DNA of 52,705 nt from a virus (taxonomy: Duplodnaviria; Heunggongvirae; Uroviricota; Caudoviricetes), in IMG/VR virus record IMGVR_UViG_3300035042_000139; one strand, written 5' to 3'. Positions 28,401 through 39,608 of this stretch are shown piece by piece. The first letter of the stretch is position 1. Each line of letters begins with the position of its first letter. The notes below the pieces were generated by a model. That model searched no databases. It saw nothing but the letters and a program-made list of their open reading frames with translations, and had not been told where the DNA came from. The position numbers and the translations under genes were made by a program.

Positions 28401-30354
28401 CAACAAAGATTTGGATATCCACCCAAAGCTAAAGAGATTTATTGATAATAATCAAGAAATGGTTGAGGAAGAGCTTGAAATGGAAGTAGACCATATCGAT
28501 AATAACAGTCGCTTTGAAAGAATAATTATTGCTGCCGATAATTTATTAGAAGAATACCACTCATCTGGAGAACTTGCTGGTTATTAATATTTAAAAGGAG
28601 GGTTACAATGGACTTTAAAAAAGAATTAGAACTTTTAAGGTGGCTGGCCCAGGGGGTCAGCTTAAAAAAGGGAGAATTTTCTAAAGGGCTTACTTTCGAC
28701 AATATAAATAGCTCAATTGCTGATTATATCAATCATTACTATAGTATTGGTGCTAAATCTGAAACGAGAGAGTGGGAATGTTCTAAAGTAAAAACAACAC
28801 AACATGATGAAAAAATATATTTAGATATTCCATCTGACCATTATGGTGCCTATGAAAAAAGTTATTTCATGCCTTTAAGAGAATTTATTTATGATTATCA
28901 TGAAAGAATAATTGAGGATATTATGGAAGAAAACAATCTTTTTCAGGAAAAATACTATGAAATGCTTGAAGATGGAATTTTAGATGATGAAATTGACCTA
29001 CAGGAACCATACGAACTATATTTAATCGAAAAATTTGCCAGTGACTACATTGACTATCTAACAAAGTGGGGCGATATTCATATCCTGATTGAACAAAAAA
29101 GAAAAATCAAATCAGGGTGGATGAATTATTTTAAGGAGTGATTTGATGCTTGACTATAATAAAAAAGCAAGGGAAAAAATCAAAGAAAAAATAAATTACT
29201 TTGACGATGAAGAAGAAAAAATAATTGACTGTATGTTAATTGATTACGGACATCAGTTTTTAGATGAAATAAGCCAATATGCAAGAACAACTACCTGGAT
29301 GGCTGACACCGAGTCAGTAATGAAAGAGGATATAATAAACGACGAAATAGATGGTTTAGATGACCTAATTGTTACTTTTGAGGAAGGCTGGCAGGAAACA
29401 GATAATTTTAGGTTTAAAGTTTACCTTCCCGTTTGTCATAAAATATCAGATGCAGCAAATCAGGTGTTTGGAAAAAATGTTGACTCAGAATACAAGTCTC
29501 TCACTATTTCAGAGATGACATTTGAAGTGATTCAGGAGTTTTTCTGGGAACCCTACCACGAACATCATAACAGCTATGATATAGCTCGCAAAATATTAAA
29601 GGAGAGTGTAACTGAATGATTGAATATAAAAGTCGAGAATATTGTAAAGATACTGGGTGTTTAGCTTATAAAAACCCAAAGTTATTTGGTATAGATGACG
29701 ACATTACTTTAAGTGATTACTGTAATTATATTAATGAATGTCATGCATATAAATTTCATAAATGGCTGCAAAAAAATGACTATAAAATAGTTAAGTCAAA
29801 AATTTTAACTGAACATCAGGAAATGGATTCTGAATTTGAAGGTATATCTGAAATGATAGAATTTAGACCAGAAAATGCCCCTATTAAAGTTTTGAATAAT
29901 TTGTTAGATGATATTAAGGATATAGCCGATACTAATTATGGCAAATGGAGGGATGTATAAAATGAAAACCAAAAAGTTTGATGATATATTTTACAGAGAT
30001 AAACTTGCTGATGAGATAGCAAATTCTAGAATTGAAATGAGCGGAGATGACCATGAAGAAGGTTCAAATTTATGGGGTGTAGAAATTCTTGTTGACGGAG
30101 CTTTGGGACAGTTTAAAACACAGGCTCTACTTGATATTTTCACAGAAGAAGGACTGACAGAAGAAGAATATAAAAAAGACACCTTTAAATACATGGACGA
30201 GTGGACTTTATATATCAGACAGGATGTTGAAGAAATGCTCAATGAAGAAATGTCTGAACACTTAGAAGAAGAGGAGTTTCTTGTTTTAGAACCGGGAGAT
30301 TCAGGAGATATGTGGATAGCATTACAGAAAGGTGATTTTAATGTACACTTTTAA
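25423..30354 (+). CDS. run of eleven mostly acidic hypothetical proteins
   Basis: 25423-25869, 25881-26504, 26516-26785, 26798-27406, 27423-27806, 27782-28054, 28069-28587, 28608-29141, 29143-29619, 29616-29960, about 29962-30354; mostly with GGAG(G) RBS. Confidence 0.75.
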
Positions 30355-31597
30355 TGGTTTATATACAGGCTTGCCTGTTAAAGTCTGGATTGATGAAAGT
30401 GAAGATTTAGATGATAACACATTTAAAGAAGCAGTAGAAATATCAAAGCTCCCATACGCTAAATCACACATAGCATTGATGCCTGATGTACACGCTACGG
30501 GCTACCATATGCCAGTTGGCGGGGTTTTAGCTACAAAGGATGTTATAGTACCTGATGCAGTCTCGAACGATATAGGGTGCGGTGTCGCCTTTATACAGAC
30601 AGATATTGAGGCCTGCTTTATGCAAACAACACACATGGATTCAGGAACAGTTGCTCAGGAACTGGTTGGGTCAATCATGAGAGATTTACCAACAGGATTT
30701 CAGCACTGCAAAAAAGAAGAAAACAAAGATAACATGGAGCTTCTAAATCTAATTAATAATTTAAACTATGGTGGAGATATTGAAGAAAAACCTCTTTTAA
30801 TGGAAGCTGTCATGGAGTCTATGGAAATTGTTGGAAGTCTAGGAGGTGGCAACCACTTCGTTGAGCTGCAGGAAAACAAAGAGGGTAATCTTGCAATTAT
30901 GATTCACACCGGCTCCAGAAGTGTTGGCGCTAAAATAAACTCTCATTTTAGTAAGTTAGCAAAAAGTTTAAATAAAAAATGGTATGTTGATGTTTTATCT
31001 GATGATGTAACAATGCCCTTTTTACCACTCGATAGTGATGAGGGTCAGGAATATATGAAATTCATGAATTTTGCCTTAAAAGTTGCTGAGTTAAATAGAG
31101 ATAAAATTATGGATTTAGTTCTAAATAAGACTATTGATTTACTTAAAAAAAGAGGTCTTATTGATGATTATAAAATTACAAGAAGATTAAATGTCCACCA
31201 CAATTATGCTGCCTATGAAAATGTGAACGGTGTTAACTACATGGTGCATAGAAAGGGTGCTGTGAGGGCCAGAAAAAGCGATATAGTGCCTATTCCGGGG
31301 GCGATGGGTTCATCTTCCTTTATTGCTCAGGGTCTCGGTAATGATGCTTCCTTTAAGTCCTGTAGCCACGGAGCTGGAAGAACTCACACCAGAACTGCAG
31401 CCAAAGAAGAATATTCTGTTCAGGAAGTTATGGAAGATTTAAAAGAAAAGAATGTTGTGCTCGGCAAAACAAATAAAAAAGATGTGGCTGAAGAGTATAT
31501 GAAAGCCTACAAGGATATTCATCAGGTTATGCAAAACCAGAAAGATTTGGTATCCGTGATTGATGAACTAAAGACTATTGCGGTTATCAAAGGTTAG
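30341..31597 (+). CDS. rtcB: RtcB RNA-splicing/repair ligase
   Basis: MPDVH, PVGGV, DIGCG, GSLGGGNHFVE, HTGSR, HHNYA, HRKGA, IPGAMG, SHGAGR, AYKDI, IKG. Confidence 0.96.
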   Translation: MYTFNGLYTGLPVKVWIDESEDLDDNTFKEAVEISKLPYAKSHIALMPDVHATGYHMPVGGVLATKDVIVPDAVSNDIGCGVAFIQTDIEACFMQTTHMDSGTVAQELVGSIMRDLPTGFQHCKKEENKDNMELLNLINNLNYGGDIEEKPLLMEAVMESMEIVGSLGGGNHFVELQENKEGNLAIMIHTGSRSVGAKINSHFSKLAKSLNKKWYVDVLSDDVTMPFLPLDSDEGQEYMKFMNFALKVAELNRDKIMDLVLNKTIDLLKKRGLIDDYKITRRLNVHHNYAAYENVNGVNYMVHRKGAVRARKSDIVPIPGAMGSSSFIAQGLGNDASFKSCSHGAGRTHTRTAAKEEYSVQEVMEDLKEKNVVLGKTNKKDVAEEYMKAYKDIHQVMQNQKDLVSVIDELKTIAVIKG

Positions 31598-31691
31598 GAG
31601 GTAAAAATGAAAAAATTGATAGATTCGGTGATGAAACTTTAGTTGTAATCATTAGGAAAGATGAATACAGAAATTAAAGGAGGAATAAATA

Positions 31692-32655
31692 ATGAGTGAT
31701 TATAATGTGACATTAGTTGTTGATGGGTTTAAACTTGACCCAGAAAAAGAAGATGATTTTTTCAGACTGTTAGAACATTTCCAGGGTGTTGATATGTATA
31801 AATTAGAAAACAACCCGGATTATGATTTTAGACTTTACCATCAAGGTACAGGATATGTTTTTGAAGTAATTGAAGATGAAGACCATGAAGGAGACGAGCT
31901 ATTAGATATGGGGCTTTATGACCTACCTAAATTTATCCAATATTTCATGGCAGACGGTGAAGAAGTAATATTAAAAGATGTAGGCAATCTTAGCTCTTAT
32001 GAAGCTTATGGATATTCAGCAAAAATAACAAAAGACGATATAGAAGATATTCATCTTCATGGATAGGAGGTTAAATATGAAAGCTTCAGATTTCAAAACT
32101 TTAAAAAATGGAGATTATGTTTTCGTCGGTAAAAACAAGATATATTTCGACGATTACGGAGATAAGCCTTATTTTGTAGTAGAAAAATATGAATTTACCG
32201 ACAATGGAGTGGATATGTTTTCAGTAGTTGATGGCTATGCAATTTGGGAAGACGCTGTTCAGGCAGCAAGGGATAATCAATAAAAGGAGGGTTTTGAGAT
32301 GGAACTTAGCGACAACGAAAAAGAAATATATTACGAAATAAAAAAATTACTGCAGAAAATGGCCGAATCGAGATTTGGCAAATTAAAGGACAATAAAAAG
32401 GATATTATAGAAAAAGATAAATTTATTATAGAATTTTCTAATTATGATATGACTTTTGAAATTAATTATCATAATGAAAAATTTATAGAATGCCCCCATT
32501 GTAAAGAAAAAACAATGAAAGCTATTAAACTTGATGATAAAAGAGGTACACCACCAACTTATATGTGGGTTTGCATTCAGTGCCCAAATGTCTTATTCGA
32601 ATACAGTTATCCTGAAGATGTAGAAAGAGTAGAGGAGTATTTAAACAGAGTTTAA
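31692..32655 (+). CDS. three hypothetical proteins (31692-32066, about 32077-32283, 32299-32655 with Zn ribbon)
   Basis: RBS-preceded ORFs. Confidence 0.7.
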
Positions 32656-32668
32656 AAAGGAGGTTAAA

Positions 32669-33229
32669 ATGTGGGAGCAGATGTCAATAACTGAAATAAA
32701 AGCAAAGAGAGAAGCTCAGGATTTTAGTGAAGAAGAACTTGAAAACAAGATGTATCAGGCTTTAGATGAAGTTGAGGATATGCTCTTAGAATATTCTGGT
32801 GGAGATTATGGCCCGGTATTTAAAGATGATTTTAGAGATTATCTTTATAAAGTTAAATTTAAACTAAATAGAAGGCTAAGAAGTGTGGCTGGTAAATACA
32901 GAAGAAACAGAAGGACTAAAAACTGCACCATAGAACTCCACCCAGAGTGTGAGTCAGTTATGGATACACTGCGGCACGAAGCCCTCCACCTTCTAACAGG
33001 CTTAAGAGACACTAAAGATTTTGAGAGATTATGTAATGAGTTTAATATAGATTTTAGACATAATGAAACCTATTCAACTATGGAAGATTATAAGTATATT
33101 TTAAAGTGCACAGAATGCGGAAGAACAGTTCTAAAAAGAAAAAGAATGTCTAAATACATCAGGCACTATGATTGGTATAAAAGCGGTTGTTGTAATGCTA
33201 ATATGAAGTTAATTAAAAAGGAGGATTAA
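32669..33229 (+). CDS. SprT-like zinc metalloprotease
   Basis: NRRLRSVAGKY, TLRHEALH, C-terminal CTECG...Y..GCC. Confidence 0.85.
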   Translation: MWEQMSITEIKAKREAQDFSEEELENKMYQALDEVEDMLLEYSGGDYGPVFKDDFRDYLYKVKFKLNRRLRSVAGKYRRNRRTKNCTIELHPECESVMDTLRHEALHLLTGLRDTKDFERLCNEFNIDFRHNETYSTMEDYKYILKCTECGRTVLKRKRMSKYIRHYDWYKSGCCNANMKLIKKED

Positions 33230-33230
33230 G

Positions 33231-35617
33231 ATGAATATTAAAGAGGCTACAAATAGATGGGTGAATGAATTTAATTTTGTCTCTGAGACTTTAATTCAAA
33301 ATGCTGTTGGTGAAGATTTTGGTGACTGGATTGACCTCACGAGGGATATCATAACAGTTGGTGATACAGTCTATTATGATGGAGAGAACTGGGAAGTTTT
33401 AGAAATAGATGATGACATGCTATTTTTGGAATCTTTAAATGACCCAGAAAGCATGGGAAATATTGAAGTTAAAAAATGGGAAGTTGAACCAGAAGAGGAT
33501 TATTATTCAGGATTATTTCCTATGTGGGGCACATTATTCAATCCTAAAAGTAGTCTTGACGAAGAGTGGATACAAAACAATTTAGAGAAAGTAAAAAAAT
33601 GTGGAATTAGAGCTTTTGAATACTATCCAACAGGAGAAATATTTTTAGGGATAGATGGTGCAGGCTATAGTTTTACTGAAGCTCACTGGATGCCTTTATA
33701 TAAAGCCAGAGGCTTGCAGTGGCATGATGTTGAAGAGGAGGTAACAGAGTGAAAAATAAAATTTTAATTGCTGACTCGGTAGAGGATGCTTTTACTAGAA
33801 TAAATGATATGTACTGGGACTCTAAAAATGAAAATTCATTGAGTGATTTACTGGCTGGAATAGAAATTCATGGATTAAGTATAGAAGATGTCAGTAGTGT
33901 TTATGGGCTTCTTTTTTATCAAATTGAAGGAGATAAAACAGTAAGGCTTTTTTGGGAAGATTTAGATGAAGGAAAATATGATATTGATTTAGGCTGGAAA
34001 TTGTGGGAGTAAAGGGGAGGTTTTTATGAACAAACACACTAAAAAACTTATAAACATTACAATATATGAAGGTAATAAGGCACCTGAAGAAATTGTTTTA
34101 GATAACGGATTTGCTTTTGAAATGGCAGACACAAAAGAGGGTTGCAAATCTGAAGAGCATATGGACTATGACCTTGAGATATACCCACCAGTAAGAGTAA
34201 ATATTGTTAAAGATAATGAAAATAAATGGCATATTAGAGATAGCATTGTTGGGATTTTAGAAGATGATATTGATTTTCGCTCACCATATGTATCAGCCTG
34301 GCTTTTGCAGGAGATGGGATACGAAGAAAATTTAATTGATGTTAAGAAGAGAGTTTTACTTGAAGATGAAGAAAAAGGACTTATCATTCCAGCATTTGAT
34401 AAAGATTACGGAACGATATTAAAATTTATTGAGGGAGGTAATTAATAATGAAAGATAATATTGAATACCTAGGTAATGAGTGGAAGTTTCAATGCGAAAT
34501 GGAGATGTACGGGAAATACAAGGGCTGGACAGGCTTTGTTTACTACCCCGTCAATCAGGATGAACCTTTCGTGTCTGAAGATACTGAATATATAAATGGA
34601 GCTTTCAATAAACTCTCTAAAAATATTCATATAGCAATTGAGGATGTTGCTAAAAACCCAACATCAACTAAAGACTTTAATGATATCTTCATAGCTAAAA
34701 AGAACGGAACAGAATGGCCTGAAGACCTGCCTAAATGGGAGTAAGCACTTAACTTTTATAGAAAAAATTGGTATTGATAAAGTTTCATTAATAATTTCGC
34801 GGAAGAGGGTTTTAATATGGGAAAAAAAGATAATGTATATATAAGAGATGATTTTATATCAATCGCTGATGATGAGGGTGAGGTTGTGCGCTGGGTAAGA
34901 GATGAGTGGCTTGAAGAACCTGATATAGTTGTTACTATTGCAAATGCAATTAATCTTGCGTCTGAAGAAGATAACGATGGTGTTAGAAAAATACTTGAAG
35001 AATATTATCACAAAGGAGTGATATAAATGAAAGGGTTATATGAATTTGAAAATGAAAATATAAGATTTGTTGTTGACCACGATGATTTTGCAGAAAGTCC
35101 TAGAGATTTATATGACAGTCTTGGTACAGTTGTAGAATGGCATAGAAAAATGGATTTCGGAGATGAAAAAATAGAGGCTGGTCAATACGAGGATGAATTT
35201 GAAGCACTCAAAAATCATGTTGGCAGTATGGAAGGTTTGATTTATCTGCCTATATATATCTATCAGCATGGAGGAGCTACTATTAGAACAACACCTTTTT
35301 CCAGTATATGGGACAGCGGTCAGGTAGGGTGGATTTATGTAAAAGAAGAAGATTACAAAAAAAGAAATCTAACTAAAGAAAAGACAATAGAAACACTTAA
35401 AACAGAAATAAAATTACTTGATGAATGGATATCTGGTGAGGTTTATTCAGTTGCTATCTGGAACAAAGAAAAGTGCGACCATTGCGGTCATGTAGACTTG
35501 GAATTAGAAGATAACCTTCACGGCCTTTTTGGCTTTAAAGAAGTAGAAGAATATGTCAAGAATATGTCTGACTATTTAGGAGAAAGTCTCACAAAAGAAA
35601 TATTGCAAAAACTATAA
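33231..35617 (+). CDS. six acidic hypothetical proteins (33231-33752, 33749-34012, 34026-34445, 34448-34744, 34817-35026, 35027-35617)
   Basis: RBS-preceded, D/E/W-rich. Confidence 0.75.
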
Positions 35618-35628
35618 GGAGGATAGAT

Positions 35629-35859
35629 AATTATTTTAAATAGCATACCAAGAAAATATAAAAATAATGAAGCAACAAAAAAAATTGAAATTAAAGTAAA
35701 AGAAAAAGATAAACTCTGAAAAAAACTGCAGCATATGTTGTAATTGATACAGAAGTTGCTAACCAGGAAGACGCAAAACAAAAGGCTGACAATATGGCTC
35801 AGGGCTTAGCAGAATTATTAGGCAAGAAAGTGCGCTGGTGTTTTATTGGGGTAGAATAG
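35629..35859 (+). pseudogene. degraded gene
   Basis: GGAGG RBS without a canonical start; coding-like text in two frames broken near A-tracts at about 35715-35726. Confidence 0.45.
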
Positions 35860-35921
35860 GGCCACTACAAGCACGCTAAAGAAAGAAATTACATGAATAA
35901 TTAAAATTAGGAGGGGTAATT

Positions 35922-36473
35922 ATGTTTAAAGTTGCTATAACTGATATGGCTGCATATAATGAAGGAAATTTAATTTATCACTGGGTTGAGTTACCTATTG
36001 ATGAAGAAGATTTACGAGAAGAAATAGACTCGGTATTAAAAGAGGGGTTTGAATTTTGCCAGGAAGAAGGTAATGGATGTTATCAGCATGAGGAATGGTT
36101 TGTTACTGATGTAGAAGGCCCTGGTATGAGGCAATATTACCATCAATATATGGATGTCTTTAAATTAAATAGTCTTTTAGAAGATATGGTTTGCCTTGCA
36201 CCAAACAATGAAGTGCTAAAAACTTTGACAGCTAATTTAAAATATAAAGATGCCCTGAATGTTTTGGAAAATGAAGATTATATCATTCATTATGTTGATT
36301 CTGAAGCAGAGCTGGCCCGGCAATTTGTTGAAGAAACTATGTCGACTCGTGATGATATACCTAGATGGATATCAAACCACATTGATTATAAGGCTATTTA
36401 TGACAGAGAATTAAGATTTGATTCTGATTTTGTTTGGGATGATGGAATTTGCATAGAAATATTACACGGATAG
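35922..36473 (+). CDS. ardA: antirestriction protein ArdA
   Basis: VAITDMAAYNEGNLIYHWVELP, EEWFVTD, ELARQFVEE, HIDYKAI..REL; very acidic. Confidence 0.88.
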   Translation: MFKVAITDMAAYNEGNLIYHWVELPIDEEDLREEIDSVLKEGFEFCQEEGNGCYQHEEWFVTDVEGPGMRQYYHQYMDVFKLNSLLEDMVCLAPNNEVLKTLTANLKYKDALNVLENEDYIIHYVDSEAELARQFVEETMSTRDDIPRWISNHIDYKAIYDRELRFDSDFVWDDGICIEILHG

Positions 36474-36483
36474 GAGGGACAAG

Positions 36484-36795
36484 ATGAAAAATGTATTAAT
36501 CGAAGTAGAAGATAGTGTTGTTAGAAATGTTTTTGCATCAGAAAACATTGATGTATATATAAGAGATTATGATGCAGATGACTTTGAAGATGGTAAAACA
36601 TGGGAAAAATATGAAGGTGGATATACAAACTCAGAAGTCAAAGAAAAAATTCATGATAGAAAAGAAGCTTTAGAAAGGGAAGGCTTGTTTAAAAATCTTA
36701 AAGAACATTACCCAGCAGAAGAACTAGCAGTAATGACAATAGCCGACTTAAAATCTTGCTATAAATCACAATATTTGAAAAGTTTTAAATTATAA
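36484..36795 (+). CDS. hypothetical protein
   Basis: RBS, 103 aa. Confidence 0.7.
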   Translation: MKNVLIEVEDSVVRNVFASENIDVYIRDYDADDFEDGKTWEKYEGGYTNSEVKEKIHDRKEALEREGLFKNLKEHYPAEELAVMTIADLKSCYKSQYLKSFKL

Positions 36796-36811
36796 TAAGG
36801 AGGGATTACAA

Positions 36812-37051
36812 ATGTTAAAAACTACTAATAAAGAACAGAACTATGAAAGTGAAGCTTAGGAAATAGCTGATTTAGACACAATTGAACTTGCAGAAGAGTT
36901 AAAAGATTATATTCAACTTGAAATAAATAGAGAAATTGACCAGCTTGGACAATGCTATTTTGATATTCATGAGTTTGTTTCTATGGGCTTATACGAGTAT
37001 ATCTATAATTTAATTTCAAAAATTTATAGCGAGCTTGAATTAGATTATTAA
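36812..37051 (+). pseudogene. 80-codon gene with a single in-frame TAG
   Basis: AAGGAGG RBS, ATG 36812, TAG at 36857-36859, frame stays open to TAA 37049-37051. Confidence 0.65.
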
Positions 37052-37065
37052 TTTTAACACTCTAC

Positions 37066-37094
37066 TTGCAAAGTGGTTCAAGTTGTGTTAGAAT
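37066..37094 (+). promoter_or_regulatory. promoter of the replication/recombination module
   Basis: TTGCAA, 17 bp, TG at 37086-37087, TAGAAT; resembles the 9217 promoter. Confidence 0.75.
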
Positions 37095-37147
37095 TAAACT
37101 ACTGGTTTAGTAATGTAAAGTAAACACATCACAAAAGAGGTGAATGA

Positions 37148-37612
37148 ATGTATTTTAAAGGAACGGCAATCGGCAGGCTTACAAAAGACCCGAAGCTAAG
37201 AAAAACTAAGACAGATAAGTCTGTCTGCAACTTCACAATAGCAGTTAACAATCCATTTTCAAAAACAGATGATGATACACAGTTTGTTAAAGTTACATGC
37301 TGGAACGGGCAGGCAGAGGCTGCTAATAATAATCTAGGTAAGGGAAGACTTGTAATGGTCCAGGGCGATGTCAAGTTGGAAGAATTTCAGAGCAATACAT
37401 CAGATAAAATTCTTTCAGACATAGTAATTACCGCAAATGAAATAAGATATCTAGATTTTCCTGATGGAAAAAGTGTAAGCAAAAATCCTAAAAGAGAAGT
37501 AAAGAAACTAGATGACCAAAAGGAAAATATAAGTGAGGATAATATAGAGGATTTTGACACTGAAGATTATACAGATGATGAAGACGCTTATGATTTTGAT
37601 GTACCATTTTGA
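37148..37612 (+). CDS. ssb: single-stranded DNA-binding protein (second, diverged)
   Basis: IGRLTKDPKLR, VCNFTIAVN, LGKGRLV.VQG, acidic tail DFDVPF. Confidence 0.93.
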   Translation: MYFKGTAIGRLTKDPKLRKTKTDKSVCNFTIAVNNPFSKTDDDTQFVKVTCWNGQAEAANNNLGKGRLVMVQGDVKLEEFQSNTSDKILSDIVITANEIRYLDFPDGKSVSKNPKREVKKLDDQKENISEDNIEDFDTEDYTDDEDAYDFDVPF

Positions 37613-37630
37613 TTAAAGGAGGAGTAGAAT

Positions 37631-38761
37631 TTGAATAAAGAATTAGATAAAGCCATGAAGCAGATTGAAAAGTCTTACGGTGAAGATGCATTATTTTCAG
37701 GTGCTGACAGAGAAAAGCTAGAAATTAAATGGATATCAACAGGTGTTTTAGATATCGACCTTGCAACCCAGCCTAATACTGGTGGTGGAGGAATACCTAT
37801 TGGCCGTATTATTGAAATATATGGACCAGAGGGTTCTGGTAAAACGACTTTAGTACTGTCAATTATAGCTCAGGCTCAAAAAGATGGACATAAATGTGCT
37901 TTTTTCGACGCAGAAAACTCATACAACCCTGATTTTGCTGACCTTTTTGGTGTAAAAACTGAAGATTTAATTATGTCACAGAAATCAGAAGGTGAATCAG
38001 TACTTGATGTTATTGAGGCACTTGCTAAAACTGGTGAGGTAAGACTAATTGCTATTGATTCAGTAGCTGCACTCTCTGCAGCAGCAATTCTGACATCTTC
38101 AATGGAAGACCAACAGATGGCCGTAGACGCTCGTATGTGGTCTAAAGCAATGAAGAAATTAAAGGCTGTATTAAATAAAAATAAGTGTACATTAATTCTA
38201 ATTAACCAGCTGAGAGAAAAGGTTGGTCAGCTTTATGGAGACCCCTCAATAACTCCTGGTGGTCGAGCAATTAAATTTTATAGCGACCAACGTATAGAAG
38301 TTAAAAAACGTGACACCTTTAGTGAGGGGTCAGGCGATACTCTTGTGGTTCACGGACATAGATTGAGAGCACGAATTATTAAAAACAAAGTTGGTACTGT
38401 AGGAAGACAAGGGTTTGTAGACCTCTACTACGATAAGGGATTTAATTTAAACAAGGATATTTTAGCAGCAGGAGAAAAAACAGGTGTCATTCAAAAAGCA
38501 GGTGGCTGGAGAACATATACTCCTTTAGGTGTTGAAGAAGGAAGCGAGAGAGAGTTAAAAGAAAACGGCATGGATAATTTCGTTCAGGCTATTTACTCTT
38601 TAGATAATCCAGACTTAATGCTAAAAGAGATAAAAGAAAGAATACTACTCGGAAGAGAAGAACCTTTATATTATGCAGAAGATGATGCAGAAATTAATAC
38701 AGAAGGGGATGTAGAAGAAGATGAACAGACTGGAGCAGAAAAGGAAAAGGTGCCTGCTTAA
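37631..38761 (+). CDS. recA: RecA recombinase
   Basis: GGIPIGRIIEIYGPEGSGKTT, FFDAE, IDSVAAL, INQLREKVG, TPGGRAIKFY, IKNKV. Confidence 0.96.
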   Translation: MNKELDKAMKQIEKSYGEDALFSGADREKLEIKWISTGVLDIDLATQPNTGGGGIPIGRIIEIYGPEGSGKTTLVLSIIAQAQKDGHKCAFFDAENSYNPDFADLFGVKTEDLIMSQKSEGESVLDVIEALAKTGEVRLIAIDSVAALSAAAILTSSMEDQQMAVDARMWSKAMKKLKAVLNKNKCTLILINQLREKVGQLYGDPSITPGGRAIKFYSDQRIEVKKRDTFSEGSGDTLVVHGHRLRARIIKNKVGTVGRQGFVDLYYDKGFNLNKDILAAGEKTGVIQKAGGWRTYTPLGVEEGSERELKENGMDNFVQAIYSLDNPDLMLKEIKERILLGREEPLYYAEDDAEINTEGDVEEDEQTGAEKEKVPA

Positions 38762-38931
38762 AGAAGGGGTCATTAAAAAGTGTATATATGCTGAAAAGAT
38801 GACAAAAAGTGCACTAATCCATAAAAATATAATGGACAGAAAAAAGAGTGATGATTATTATTATTGCCCCGCAAATGGATGCTTAGCTTTAAGAGAAAGA
38901 GAAACATTAGGGGTAGAGGAGGAAACATAAA

Positions 38932-39591
38932 TTGAATAAAACTAATTTGTCTTTATTGATATTAGCAATTTTATTATTAACGACAACAATACTGCCTTCT
39001 AATGCGGAGGCAGTAAACTTACACAATTTTATGACAGAACGTTCTATGGATGTAAATAGGTGGTACTGCAGATACAGAAGTGAGTTAACTGTTGATGATG
39101 CAATAACACTTGAGCAGGCTCAAAACAGAAGTGGATGGATAATTAAATATGCTTATGACCTAAACTATCTTCATCCTGAAATACACCCTAGAAGAGTTGC
39201 CAAAGATTTCTTTGCTATAGTTGAGTTAGAAAGCCATTTTGTAAACTATTACGATATGGATAATGGTAGGTCGTTTGGAATGACTGCACTAACATGGCAG
39301 ACAGCTCAAGCAGCTTCTGACTTTTTTGGTGATGGATTAAAGCTCTATGGAAGTTCAAAAAATATCAATCACAAAGAATTGTTGCGTTCTGACGTTGAAA
39401 AACAGGTCAAATACGGTATCTGGTACTACTATAAGTTATTAAAACGCTACTACAATGGAGATAGATTATCAGCAATTGTGGGCTATAATGTTGGCCCTGG
39501 ACTTGATGTAAGCCAAAAGAAAAAAAGAGAATACTTCTTTAAAGCTATTGGAAGAATAAGCTATTATGAAATGCTTTTTAAAGAATATTAA
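38932..39591 (+). CDS. secreted lysozyme-fold / lytic transglycosylase-like protein
   Basis: Signal peptide ending AEA; AIVELES, FGM, YG.WY, AIVGYNVGPG resemble SLT motifs. Confidence 0.65.
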   Translation: MNKTNLSLLILAILLLTTTILPSNAEAVNLHNFMTERSMDVNRWYCRYRSELTVDDAITLEQAQNRSGWIIKYAYDLNYLHPEIHPRRVAKDFFAIVELESHFVNYYDMDNGRSFGMTALTWQTAQAASDFFGDGLKLYGSSKNINHKELLRSDVEKQVKYGIWYYYKLLKRYYNGDRLSAIVGYNVGPGLDVSQKKKREYFFKAIGRISYYEMLFKEY

Positions 39592-39608
39592 ATAGCGGAG
39601 GTTTTTAG

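Noticed and set aside
36857-36859. Genome-wide TAG recoding
   Set aside because: ssb (ends DVPF-TAG), rtcB and uvrD terminate properly at TAG
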